A DNA stretch of 64,000 nt from contig DAMAMW010000009.1 in assembly GCA_032073745.1 (NCBI GenBank), positions 17,533-81,532 on the forward strand, read 5' to 3'. Both the position numbers and the translations under genes were made by a program. Positions 45,005-53,408 of this stretch are shown one piece after another. The DNA comes from Lachnospiraceae bacterium (lineage in GTDB: Bacteria > Bacillota > Clostridia > Lachnospirales > Lachnospiraceae). The notes under the pieces were generated by a model, which saw only the letters and a list, made by a program, of their open reading frames with translations, ran no database searches and was not told where the DNA came from. Position 1 is the stretch's first letter. Each line of letters opens with the position of its first letter.

Positions 45005-45370
45005 TTAAATTGTCGTACCCAGCTTCTGATGATGCTCCGCAAGCACCTCTTTCCCCCATTTATTAATGGCCTCCAGCATTGGCAATAACTCTTTGCATTT
45101 ATCTGTAAGAAAATATTCAACATGCGGCGGTACCTCCGGAAACTCCCTTCGGTTAACCAGGCCATACTCTTCCAGCCCCTGAAGTGAGCGGGTCAACATG
45201 GTATTCGTAATACCAGAAAGTTCACGCCTGATCTCGTTATAACGCATACCATCCTGAAACGACAGTGTCCAGATAATCGGCAGCCGCCATTTTCCGCTGA
45301 TCACTCCCATGGTGTAAATATCAGTGCACCTAAATACGATGTTATCATAATTTCCATTATCTTCATCCAT
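45005..45370 (-). CDS. HxlR family transcriptional regulator
   Basis: ...ISGKWRLPIIWTL...MRYNEIRRELSGITNTMLTRSLQGLEEYGLVNRREFPEVPPHVEYFLT is a typical HxlR wHTH. Confidence 0.82.
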   Translation of the reverse strand: MDEDNGNYDNIVFRCTDIYTMGVISGKWRLPIIWTLSFQDGMRYNEIRRELSGITNTMLTRSLQGLEEYGLVNRREFPEVPPHVEYFLTDKCKELLPMLEAINKWGKEVLAEHHQKLGTTI

Positions 45371-45488
45371 ATGTAGTTCTCCTCCCGATTAAGGAACAAA
45401 AATGTGCGTACTTGTATTTTTATCCCTGATAAACTACACTGATTTTATCATTCACGATTAAAAATGTACAGATCACAGGAGGAACACA

Positions 45489-46067
45489 ATGAAAGTATTA
45501 CTGTTCTTGGCAAAAGGTTTTGAACACATGGAAACCGGCGTATTTATTGATGTTATGGGTTGGGCACGACATGACTTTGGTAATGATATTGATGTAGTCA
45601 CATGCGGATATCAGCGGGAGGTCGTCAGTACCTTTGGCGTCCCTGTTGTCATCGATAAACTGATCCATGAAGTATGTGCCGATGATTATGACGCCCTGGC
45701 GATTCCCGGGGGTTTTGAAGAATCCGGCTATTTTGAAGAAGCTCATGATGAAAGATTTCTCGCTCTGATTCGTAAATTTGATGCTGAAAGGAAACCGATC
45801 GCTGCGATCTGTGTTGCCGCGCTGGCACTCGGTAAAAGCGGAATTCTTATGAATAAGCAGGCAACGACATACCATCTGAATTCCAGCCAACGGATCAAAC
45901 AGCTGGAATTATACTGTTCTGATATTGTCCATGAAAAAATGGTCGTAAGCGGTCATGTCATTACCTCCTGCGGCCCCTCATCTGCCGCCGGTGTGGCATT
46001 TAAACTGCTTGAAATGTTGACAGATGAATCTAAAACCAGACAGGTAATGACCGCAATGGGATATTGA
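45489..46067 (+). CDS. DJ-1/PfpI family protein
   Basis: GGAGGA RBS. Nucleophile-elbow region PIAAICVAALALG. Divergent from the HxlR gene. Confidence 0.82.
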   Translation: MKVLLFLAKGFEHMETGVFIDVMGWARHDFGNDIDVVTCGYQREVVSTFGVPVVIDKLIHEVCADDYDALAIPGGFEESGYFEEAHDERFLALIRKFDAERKPIAAICVAALALGKSGILMNKQATTYHLNSSQRIKQLELYCSDIVHEKMVVSGHVITSCGPSSAAGVAFKLLEMLTDESKTRQVMTAMGY

Positions 46068-46105
46068 CTTGAAACCGTTCTGCTGATATAGTGAAGTAAT
46101 AAATT

Positions 46106-46164
46106 CCGCCGAACGTATGTGAGGGGGACTTACCGCTGCCGCCGAACGTATGTGAGGGGGACTT
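46106..46164 (+). repeat. tandem direct repeat, two identical 26-nt units with a 33-bp period
   Basis: ccgccgaacgtatgtgagggggactt occurs at 46106-46131 and again at 46139-46164. The second copy ends 5 nt before the AGGAGG RBS of the aminotransferase. Confidence 0.9.
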
Positions 46165-46181
46165 TCTACAGGAGGACAATC

Positions 46182-47369
46182 ATGGATTTTAAAATGGCAA
46201 GACGCATGTCAAATATCAAAGCTTCCGAGATCAGGGAGATTTTAAAAATAACGGAACGCCCGGAAGTGATTTCGTTCGCGGGCGGACTGCCGGCACCGGA
46301 ATTGTTTCCGGTTGATGCAATCAAAGAAGTTAACCGGATTGTATTGGAATCAGACGGCCCCAAGGCACTGCAGTACAGTACAACCGAAGGCTTTCGGCCG
46401 CTGCGGGAATGGATAGCCGATCGTATGAATAAACGGCTTGGTACCAGTTTCGACTGTGACAATATCCTGATTACTCATGGCTCCCAGCAGGCTCTGGATC
46501 TGACCGGCAAGGTATTTCTTGATGAAAATGATGTGGTATTTTGCGAAAGCCCTACATATCTGGCTGCTATCAGTGCATTTAAGGCATATGGCTGCCGTTT
46601 TGCCGAAGTCCCGACTGATGATGAGGGCATGATTATCTCTGAACTGGAGAAAAAACTGCAGGAATATCCAAATGGGAAACTGATCTATGTGATCCCTGAT
46701 TTCCAGAATCCGACCGGACGGACATGGAGTCTGGAACGCCGTAAAGAGCTGGCTGCCGTATCTGCCCGGTATCAGATGCCGGTTTTAGAAGACAATCCTT
46801 ACGGCGAACTGCGCTTTGAGGGTGAATTTCTGCCATCGGCAAAAGCTTTTGATACGACCGGCAATGTCTTATGTACCGGAACCTTTTCGAAGATCTTCTG
46901 TCCGGGATACCGGATCGGCTGGGTTGCCGGTGATAAGGATATTATCCGTCAGTTCGTTTTAGTTAAGCAGGGCACTGATCTGCAATGTAATACGATTGCC
47001 CAGATGGAGATTGCAAAGTATCTGGAGCTTTATGATATTGATGAGCATATTGAAAAAATCCGTGCCGTTTATAAACGCAGAAGGGATTTGTTTGTTCAGA
47101 CAATGCAGGAAACATTTCCTGACGAGGTTTCCTTTACGATTCCAAGCGGTGGTTTGTTTGCCTGGGTGGAACTTCCGGAGCAGATGAATGCGCGGGATTA
47201 TTTGGAGAAATGTCTGGCAGAAAATGTCGCTTTTGTTCCGGGTGGGTCGTTCTTCCCGAATGGGGGGCATGAGAATACACTGAGACTTAATTTCTCGAAT
47301 ATGCCGGATGATAAGATTGTTGAAGGGATATCCCGAATGGGGAAAATCCTGAATGAGCAGTTGATATAA
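46182..47369 (+). CDS. PLP-dependent aminotransferase, class I/II (2-aminoadipate/aromatic type)
   Basis: AGGAGG at 46170-46175, then ATG 46182 (MDFKMARRMSNIKASEIREILK...). PLP-lysine motif GTFSKIFCPGYRIGW. Confidence 0.85.
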   Translation: MDFKMARRMSNIKASEIREILKITERPEVISFAGGLPAPELFPVDAIKEVNRIVLESDGPKALQYSTTEGFRPLREWIADRMNKRLGTSFDCDNILITHGSQQALDLTGKVFLDENDVVFCESPTYLAAISAFKAYGCRFAEVPTDDEGMIISELEKKLQEYPNGKLIYVIPDFQNPTGRTWSLERRKELAAVSARYQMPVLEDNPYGELRFEGEFLPSAKAFDTTGNVLCTGTFSKIFCPGYRIGWVAGDKDIIRQFVLVKQGTDLQCNTIAQMEIAKYLELYDIDEHIEKIRAVYKRRRDLFVQTMQETFPDEVSFTIPSGGLFAWVELPEQMNARDYLEKCLAENVAFVPGGSFFPNGGHENTLRLNFSNMPDDKIVEGISRMGKILNEQLI

Positions 47370-47380
47370 ATGAAGATGCA

Positions 47381-47422
47381 AAGAGTCATTCACCAGAAGT
47401 CTTGGTAAGTGACTCTTTTTTT
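47381..47422 (+). terminator. rho-independent terminator
   Basis: Long hairpin aagagtca...tgactctt followed by a T-run. Confidence 0.72.
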
Positions 47423-47559
47423 GATTACTTTAACTGGACAATTTCTATTTCATTTGCTAAACTGATATAACAGTCAAAGAGAATCTGAAATCTTCTATAA
47501 TTCATGCAGTCTCTGCAGCCAATTCTCACACTGAACAATTACATAAGGAGGGATTGCGT

Positions 47560-48501
47560 TTGAATGCAATCAGTAATACTCTTGCGGCAACTGCCAGCAA
47601 GGAAAAATATGATGCCACTATGAAGGAATTGCTGGCCAACAAGCAGATTCTGGCCTGAATTCTGAAACGTTTTGTCAGGGAATTTGCTGATTTTTCGCTG
47701 GATGATATCGAGACAAAATATATTGAAGCTGACCAGATATCAGTGTCAAAGGTCGGGATTGCCCGTAATGTGACCAATATTGATGGAGTCACGAATGAGG
47801 ATTCTACGATAAATGAAGGGCGCATTTTTTATGATATAATCTTTCGGGTACGCTATCCGGACAGTAATGGAGTATATATTGGTATGTGTATTAATCTTGA
47901 AGCTCAAAAGTCATATTATCCAGGTTACCCATTGGAGATGCGGGGATTTTTTCATGCGGCCAGAAGCCTTAGTGTGCAGCTAAAAAATATCAATAGCGAA
48001 ACAAACTATGGATGTCTGCAAAAAGTATACTCCATCTGGCTTTGTATGGGAAATGTACCGAACTATGAGGCCAATACCGCGATCTTGTATCATACAAAAA
48101 AGAATGATATAATTGGGGTAGTTAAAAGAGATCCTGATATATATGATTTGATGAATGTTGTGATTTTGCGTATCAATGATAATGTGACATCTGAAGATGA
48201 TGTTTTACGCTTACTCCAGATATTATGTTCCAGTTTATTAAGTGCTGAGCAAAAACTTGATCTGCTGGAGGATTTTGGAATACGTATGGAAGATGATGTG
48301 GAAGGAGGAATACGTAATATGTGTAATTTAAGCGATTTAGTTGAAGAACGTGGCATTGAAAAAGGACTGAAAGAAGGCAGGGATTCCGAAAGGCAGGAAA
48401 TTGCTTTGCAAATGCTTCGGGATGGAATGCCGTATGAAAAAATAATTCAGTATACCCAGATTCCTGTGGAAACACTCCGCCAGTGGGTGCGTAACCAGTA
48501 G
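47560..48501 (+). pseudogene. Rpn/PD-(D/E)XK family nuclease ('putative transposase') interrupted by one in-frame TGA
   Basis: AAGGAGGG (47545-47552), then TTG at 47560. The frame is continuous with the 47743 ORF except for TGA at 47656-47658 (…KELLANKQILA*ILKRFVREF…). There is no RBS before the GTG at 47743. Confidence 0.6.
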
Positions 48502-48741
48502 TTCGTTCTTACGTTTCTTGTGGACGATGTGGAGGGAGGGATACGTAAAATGTGTAATTTAAGTGATTTAGTCGAAGAACGTGGCATTGAAAAGGGCTTA
48601 AGGAAAGGTTTGAAAGAAGGCAGGGATTCTGAAAGGCAGGAAATTGCCTTGCAAATGCTTCGGGATGGAATGCCGTATGAGAAAATAATTCAGTATACCC
48701 AGATTCCTGTGGAAACACTCCAGCAGTGGACACAGAACTAA
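48288..48741 (+). repeat. tandem duplication of the 3' ~210 bp of the Rpn gene
   Basis: Unit 1 (48288-48501) and unit 2 (48522-48741) are roughly 90% identical by eye. Unit 2 carries a 12-nt insertion (EKGL-RKGL-KEG). Confidence 0.85.
48550..48741 (+). CDS. free-standing copy of the Rpn C-terminal domain (63 aa, RpnS-like candidate)
   Basis: GGAGGGAGG (48531-48539) lies about 10 nt before ATG 48550. Translation is MCNLSDLVEERGIEKGLRKGLKEGRDSERQEIALQMLRDGMPYEKIIQYTQIPVETLQQWTQN*. Confidence 0.4.
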   Translation: MCNLSDLVEERGIEKGLRKGLKEGRDSERQEIALQMLRDGMPYEKIIQYTQIPVETLQQWTQN

Positions 48742-48772
48742 CCCGAGGGCCACTACACTGTTATTTCACGTT

Positions 48773-48818
48773 AAGAAGGACCATTTGCTGATCGTGTTGC
48801 CAGCAAATGGCCCTTCTT
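48773..48818. terminator. bidirectional terminator hairpin
   Basis: 18-bp stem aagaaggaccatttgctg / cagcaaatggcccttctt (one mismatch), followed by ATTTTTAT. It lies between convergent genes. Confidence 0.7.
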
Positions 48819-48822
48819 ATTT

Positions 48823-50019
48823 TTATAACCGCTGTTTTTTCCTTCTCGGCTCACTCCTGACTAAAATCACCGCCGCAACCGCAAAGCACGCCCCCGCCAG
48901 CATAAACGGATAATCCGAACCATAATTATAGATAAGCCCTGCAATCAGCGCACCGCATATCATTCCCAGCGACTTGGTGGCATTATAAAATCCCATCACA
49001 GCATTGCTGTTGCCTTCATTTGCTCCTCTGGCCGTGCAGTCCTGCAGCAGCGGAATATAAGCCGCATTAAATCCATAAAATACCACACATACAGCAAAAA
49101 ACAGAACGATATGGTTAGCCAGCAGCATCATCACTATACTGGCCACGCATCCACCCAGAATCATTCCGGTAGCCCGCTTCACCCGGCCACTCCGGATAAT
49201 CCACATACAAAGCGTACCGTTTACAATCAAAGTAATAATCCCGGTCACAGCTTTCATCAGGCCATTGTATATCGAAGTGAACTGAAACTGATCCTTCAGA
49301 TAATAGTTGAAGCACTGGTCAAATGCGTTCGTCCCGATATTGGCAAAAACTACTGCCACAAAAAGAAGAGCCAGGTTTTTGTTCATAAAAGATCGCGAAT
49401 CCAGAAACGACTTCAGCGGGTTGATCTCGCGGATAAATCCCTTTGTATTCAAAGGTTCATATTCCCCCGCCTTATTGTCGTCCAGTAAAAGCAAAAACAG
49501 GATTCCACCCGCAAAAAGCAAAACCGACTGAACGAAAAATGTGAGCCGGATCGAATAAACGCCCAGAACACCGCCGGTCAGATAACCGGTAGCCGCCCCA
49601 ACCGCCTGGACAATCGCAAACCGGGTCAGATTTTCGCCCCTTTTGGCCGGGGGTGAAACATCAATAATATAAACCAGTGTCGAGACACTCACCGCACCGA
49701 TAAAAAATCCCGAGAAACATCTTGCCATCAGAATTGTTGCCTCGGTTTTCATAATGCTGAACAGAAACTGTCCGAAAGCATAACCTGTGGATCCGATCAT
49801 CAAAAGTCTTTTAGCCGGAAAGAAATCCCTCATCTTGCCCCAAAAAGGCGAAAACAGGAAGTTAGTAAATGACATCGCCGCAAATGCAGCCCCAAACATA
49901 TAGTTACGAAGATCCAGATTAACAATTATTGTTGGCGTAATCGGATGGGCAACATTTGCCCCTATATAATGCAGGAATGATATAGCTAGAAAAATGGTCA
50001 TATTATTCTTTCGTTTCAA
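48823..50019 (-). CDS. MFS transporter
   Basis: About 12 TM helices. AAGGAG (50032-50027) lies 7 nt before TTG 50019 (MKRKNNMTIFL...). The ORF-track start at 50163 adds a non-hydrophobic extension with no RBS. Confidence 0.75.
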   Translation of the reverse strand: MKRKNNMTIFLAISFLHYIGANVAHPITPTIIVNLDLRNYMFGAAFAAMSFTNFLFSPFWGKMRDFFPAKRLLMIGSTGYAFGQFLFSIMKTEATILMARCFSGFFIGAVSVSTLVYIIDVSPPAKRGENLTRFAIVQAVGAATGYLTGGVLGVYSIRLTFFVQSVLLFAGGILFLLLLDDNKAGEYEPLNTKGFIREINPLKSFLDSRSFMNKNLALLFVAVVFANIGTNAFDQCFNYYLKDQFQFTSIYNGLMKAVTGIITLIVNGTLCMWIIRSGRVKRATGMILGGCVASIVMMLLANHIVLFFAVCVVFYGFNAAYIPLLQDCTARGANEGNSNAVMGFYNATKSLGMICGALIAGLIYNYGSDYPFMLAGACFAVAAVILVRSEPRRKKQRL

Positions 50020-50188
50020 AGCGGTTCTCCTTACCCCCGGTACTTGTTCCTTCTTCCAATGTATATCATATCCCTGCAGTAATAGCAAGCCACATTCATG
50101 GTTCTGTTTCATTTGTATTGTAAATATACAGGAGGTATAATCAAGTAACATACAAAACTGCAAAAATAAATCTGGAAGGAAACCATCA

Positions 50189-50551
50189 ATGTCATCAGAA
50201 AATCCTATAGTAACTGCCGAAAATGCATACTTCTTAAAAGGCCATGCAAGCTGGCTCTATTGTGCCGGCTGCAAAAAAACCGTTGCCTATCTTTGTTATG
50301 TAACCTATCGCTATTTTCGCTTTACGTTCTCCTGTTCATGCGGCTGTCATGGATGGGTAGAGAATAAATTCGGTGAGATCGAACCAAAAGCTTTATCCTG
50401 GGGAACACTAAGACGCAATCCTGTCAACAGAAGATACTGCTGTCAGAGAGATGGTTCAGCCCTCTTTTCACCAGTACCTAAAAACCTGAAATCCTACCAG
50501 GCCATTGTCGTTTGCAGAAAATGTAATACTAAATATACTATCACGGAATAA
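50189..50551 (+). CDS. hypothetical Cys-rich protein (zinc-ribbon-like CxxC pairs)
   Basis: Contains CAGCKK, CSCGCHG, CC and CRKCNTKY. GGAAGGA RBS. No family recognised. Confidence 0.4.
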   Translation: MSSENPIVTAENAYFLKGHASWLYCAGCKKTVAYLCYVTYRYFRFTFSCSCGCHGWVENKFGEIEPKALSWGTLRRNPVNRRYCCQRDGSALFSPVPKNLKSYQAIVVCRKCNTKYTITE

Positions 50552-50584
50552 CCATACTTAATCCATGATTTTCACCCGTAACTA

Positions 50585-50593
50585 TGGTATAAT
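50585..50593 (+). promoter_or_regulatory. extended -10 element upstream of the AraC gene
   Basis: TGgTATAAT lies 38 nt before ATG 50631. The -35 region is weak. Confidence 0.35.
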
Positions 50594-50630
50594 AATTTAC
50601 ATATCAACACACTGTACGAGGAGAAAAAAT

Positions 50631-51473
50631 ATGGAATTGTTCTATCGCAAACAAGAAGGCAACGATTACTGTATGGGCACAGAGCGCTTCACCATATCTC
50701 ACCTGAAACCAAAAGAGACTACGCTAAAAATCCATCTCCATGACTTTTATGAGATTTATTATTCCATCTCCGGCGGCAAGGAGTTTTTCATCGGTAATGA
50801 TTACTACGAAATCCACCCCAATGATATATTCTTTATCTGCCCCAACGAGAATCATCATATCACCCAGTTCGAAAACGTCAATCATGAGCGGATCAACATA
50901 GCCATTCATCCCAATTTTATCGAACAATATTCTACCCCCGAAACCCCGCTGGTTTCCTGCTTCGAAAGCTCCGACAGCCGAAGCCTGAACCTTTCCGTTG
51001 ACTTTCAAAAACGTTTCGAATCTCTGATTAAAAAAATAGCCGGTGCCAAAGGTTTCGGCACCGACCTGCTTGAAAATATGTACTTATGTGAAATCTTAAT
51101 CATGCTTCAGCAGTGCCGGACCGAATCGGGCAGCCAATATCTGCCAACGAATGACCCAAACAATGCCACTGCACAGGCAATCCTCCAATACATCAACAAC
51201 CATCTGGCCGAAGATATCAATCTGGATCGTTTATCAAAAGAATTCTTCATCAGCCAGTCGTACCTGTGCCGATTATTTAAGCGTTATACCGGCATCACCA
51301 TCAATAAGTACATCTCCGCCCGCCGCATCAGTCTGGCCACCGCCCTGATGAACAATGGCGCACGGCCAAGTGATGTCTTCGCTGAAGTAGGGTTTAAAAA
51401 CTACAATAATTTTTTTAAAACCTTTGTAGAAATCGTTGGTACTTCTCCCAAGAACTACATGAAGTATAACTAA
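50631..51473 (+). CDS. AraC family transcriptional regulator (cupin-type sensor + C-terminal HTH)
   Basis: AGGAG RBS, then ATG 50631 (MELFYRKQ...). C-terminal AraC HTH LSKEFFISQSYLCRLFKRYTGITINKYISARRI...VGFKNYNNFFKTF. Confidence 0.85.
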   Translation: MELFYRKQEGNDYCMGTERFTISHLKPKETTLKIHLHDFYEIYYSISGGKEFFIGNDYYEIHPNDIFFICPNENHHITQFENVNHERINIAIHPNFIEQYSTPETPLVSCFESSDSRSLNLSVDFQKRFESLIKKIAGAKGFGTDLLENMYLCEILIMLQQCRTESGSQYLPTNDPNNATAQAILQYINNHLAEDINLDRLSKEFFISQSYLCRLFKRYTGITINKYISARRISLATALMNNGARPSDVFAEVGFKNYNNFFKTFVEIVGTSPKNYMKYN

Positions 51474-51488
51474 TAAGTATAAAACGCC

Positions 51489-51527
51489 AAAAGGGCTATG
51501 GTTAAGTCAATAACCATAGCCCCTTTT
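51489..51527. terminator. bidirectional terminator hairpin
   Basis: 16-bp stem aaaagggctatggtta / taaccatagcccctttt with a 6-nt loop, between convergent genes. Confidence 0.7.
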
Positions 51528-51533
51528 ACTCTG

Positions 51534-52202
51534 TCAAAACCCCATTTCATCCTCAACCACAATCACATTCAGCCTGCCGGGAAACTTATGCGCGCTGAAT
51601 ATAACCGACAGAAAATTACACATCCGCCCCCGCACTGTCTCACTCTGCTTCACATTACAGTCCGAGCATATCCCGGTCTCAACACAAGGGGTATGGTGTT
51701 CCTCCTTCCGACAATTCATCGGAGCAATCTGGTACAACCGATCCACCGCCGCCGGAATATCCTTGACCAGCTTATTAACGCCTACAACAATAATCACTTT
51801 TTTCGGCCCGTAAGTCATTGCCGCCACCCGGCTGCCGCTGCAGTCCATATTGACAATCTCGCCGTTCATTGTCACCGCATTTGATCCGGTGATGAACACA
51901 TCCGTCAGCAGCGAATCCCGCAGAATGCCGAAGTGCTGCCCTTCCCTGCTGTCATATACATATCTGTCCAGCAGTTTATATTTATCTGAATGCAGTTCCT
52001 CCAAAACCCCCAGCTGCACCACGGTCTGCGATCCCCCCAGTCCGATTGAACTGCCTTCCGGAATCATCGAAAGTAATACCTCCTTTGCTTCCTCCTTCGT
52101 TTTTGCAAGTTCAACATGAAAGTCCTTATTTCGCAGAGCTGCTGCCATAAACTCAGCCTTTCTGGAGACATGCCATTCATAGTATTCATTGAATTCTCTC
52201 AT
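51534..52202 (-). CDS. LUD-domain (DUF162, LutC/YkgG-like) protein
   Basis: Size and pattern fit the family (...GLGGSQTV...ITGSNAVTMNGEIVN...VIIVVGVNKLV...) with a C-terminal Cys cluster (CVETGICSDC). Confidence 0.65.
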   Translation of the reverse strand: MREFNEYYEWHVSRKAEFMAAALRNKDFHVELAKTKEEAKEVLLSMIPEGSSIGLGGSQTVVQLGVLEELHSDKYKLLDRYVYDSREGQHFGILRDSLLTDVFITGSNAVTMNGEIVNMDCSGSRVAAMTYGPKKVIIVVGVNKLVKDIPAAVDRLYQIAPMNCRKEEHHTPCVETGICSDCNVKQSETVRGRMCNFLSVIFSAHKFPGRLNVIVVEDEMGF

Positions 52203-52217
52203 CTGGTTCTCCCTCTG

Positions 52218-53363
52218 CTACAGGCGCACTTCAAACTCTTTTATGGCATCCTCATTCACATCAATACCAATCCCCGGCTTCATCGGCACCCTGACAACAC
52301 CATTCTCCATCCCGATCGGCTCTTTGACCACCTTATCACGGAATGGATGGCTGGAGCGATCGAATTCGAGCATCGGTTCGGCAACAAATGCGCTTAGATT
52401 ATTAGCCGGCAGAGATGCAATGACCTGCAGGGCTGCTGCCAGGCCGATCCCGGTCCCCCATACATGCGGAATTACCCTGACCGAATAGGCCTGTGCCATA
52501 GCAGCAATCTTCTTACATTCGGTAATACCGCCGGCACTGCATACATCCGGCTGAAGAATATCGACTGCTCCTTCCGTAATCCAACGGCGGAAATCATACT
52601 TGGTGAACAGATTCTCGCCGCAGGAAAGATGAGTGCCGGTCATATGTCTGAGCATTTTATAACCTTCGATATCATCTGTTTTCATCGGTTCTTCCATAAA
52701 GTGGAGCTTTGCATCCTCTACTTCCATCAGAAGCTGACGGGTCAGCGGTGCATCGTAGGCACAGTTGGCATCAGCCGCCAGCAGCATATCTGGACCGATC
52801 GCCTCACGCATTGCATGAATATACTCCGAATCTTTCTTAATGCCATAGCCGGTCTTAAGTTTAAATGCCCGGAATCCATCCGCGATCAATTCCTTAGCCT
52901 CTTCAATATAAGCCTGCGGATATTCCCTGTTTTCTTTACGGTAGAAGCTTGTTGCATACGGGATCACCTCCAGACGGAAGGCTCCGCCGATCAGCTGATG
53001 CACCGGCCGACCCAGGGTCTTGCCGATAATGTCCCACAGCGCAACATCAATTCCACTGATAGCATTGACCGCACCCCCGCCGCCAAACGGGCGGGATGCG
53101 TGAAACATGCTTTCCCAAAGAACTTCCACATTAAAAGGATCCTGTCCGATAAGCAGCGGTTTAAAGGTATGTTCAATGTATGCCGCCGACACTCCGCCCG
53201 GCTGTCTTCCATGGCAGACGGACTCGCCCCAGCCGGTAATGCCTTCATCGGTTTTGATTTCGACAATCATCGCATAGCGGGCATCAACAAAATCCGCATT
53301 CCAGGTGGAATATGGGTCTGTCTTACCATTCAATACATGTGTAATAATATCTGTTATTTTCAT
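52218..53363 (-). CDS. enolase-superfamily enzyme, mandelate-racemase-subgroup-like
   Basis: KxK (FKLKTG), metal ligands in AADAN, MEEP and CGEN, then QPDV and PHVWG (a Asp/His dyad pattern). Confidence 0.82.
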   Translation of the reverse strand: MKITDIITHVLNGKTDPYSTWNADFVDARYAMIVEIKTDEGITGWGESVCHGRQPGGVSAAYIEHTFKPLLIGQDPFNVEVLWESMFHASRPFGGGGAVNAISGIDVALWDIIGKTLGRPVHQLIGGAFRLEVIPYATSFYRKENREYPQAYIEEAKELIADGFRAFKLKTGYGIKKDSEYIHAMREAIGPDMLLAADANCAYDAPLTRQLLMEVEDAKLHFMEEPMKTDDIEGYKMLRHMTGTHLSCGENLFTKYDFRRWITEGAVDILQPDVCSAGGITECKKIAAMAQAYSVRVIPHVWGTGIGLAAALQVIASLPANNLSAFVAEPMLEFDRSSHPFRDKVVKEPIGMENGVVRVPMKPGIGIDVNEDAIKEFEVRL

Positions 53364-53408
53364 AACTGCTGTCCTCTCTTCCCGGTTCTGTCTTCATCTC
53401 AATAAGTT

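Noticed and set aside
46106-46164. Possible CRISPR-like array
   Set aside because: There are only two repeat copies separated by 7 nt, with no spacers of CRISPR size and no cas genes.
46119-46181. GTG 46119 as the start of the aminotransferase
   Set aside because: The extension merely translates the tandem DNA repeat, and the AGGAGG RBS is positioned for ATG 46182.
47656-47658. TGA read as Trp (genetic code 4) or another form of recoding
   Set aside because: TGA clearly terminates other genes in the window, for example at 134-136 and 46065-46067. A nonsense mutation or a sequencing error is more parsimonious.
52464-53405. 313-aa plus-strand ORF
   Set aside because: It lies entirely antisense to the enolase-superfamily gene, which has unambiguous catalytic motifs.
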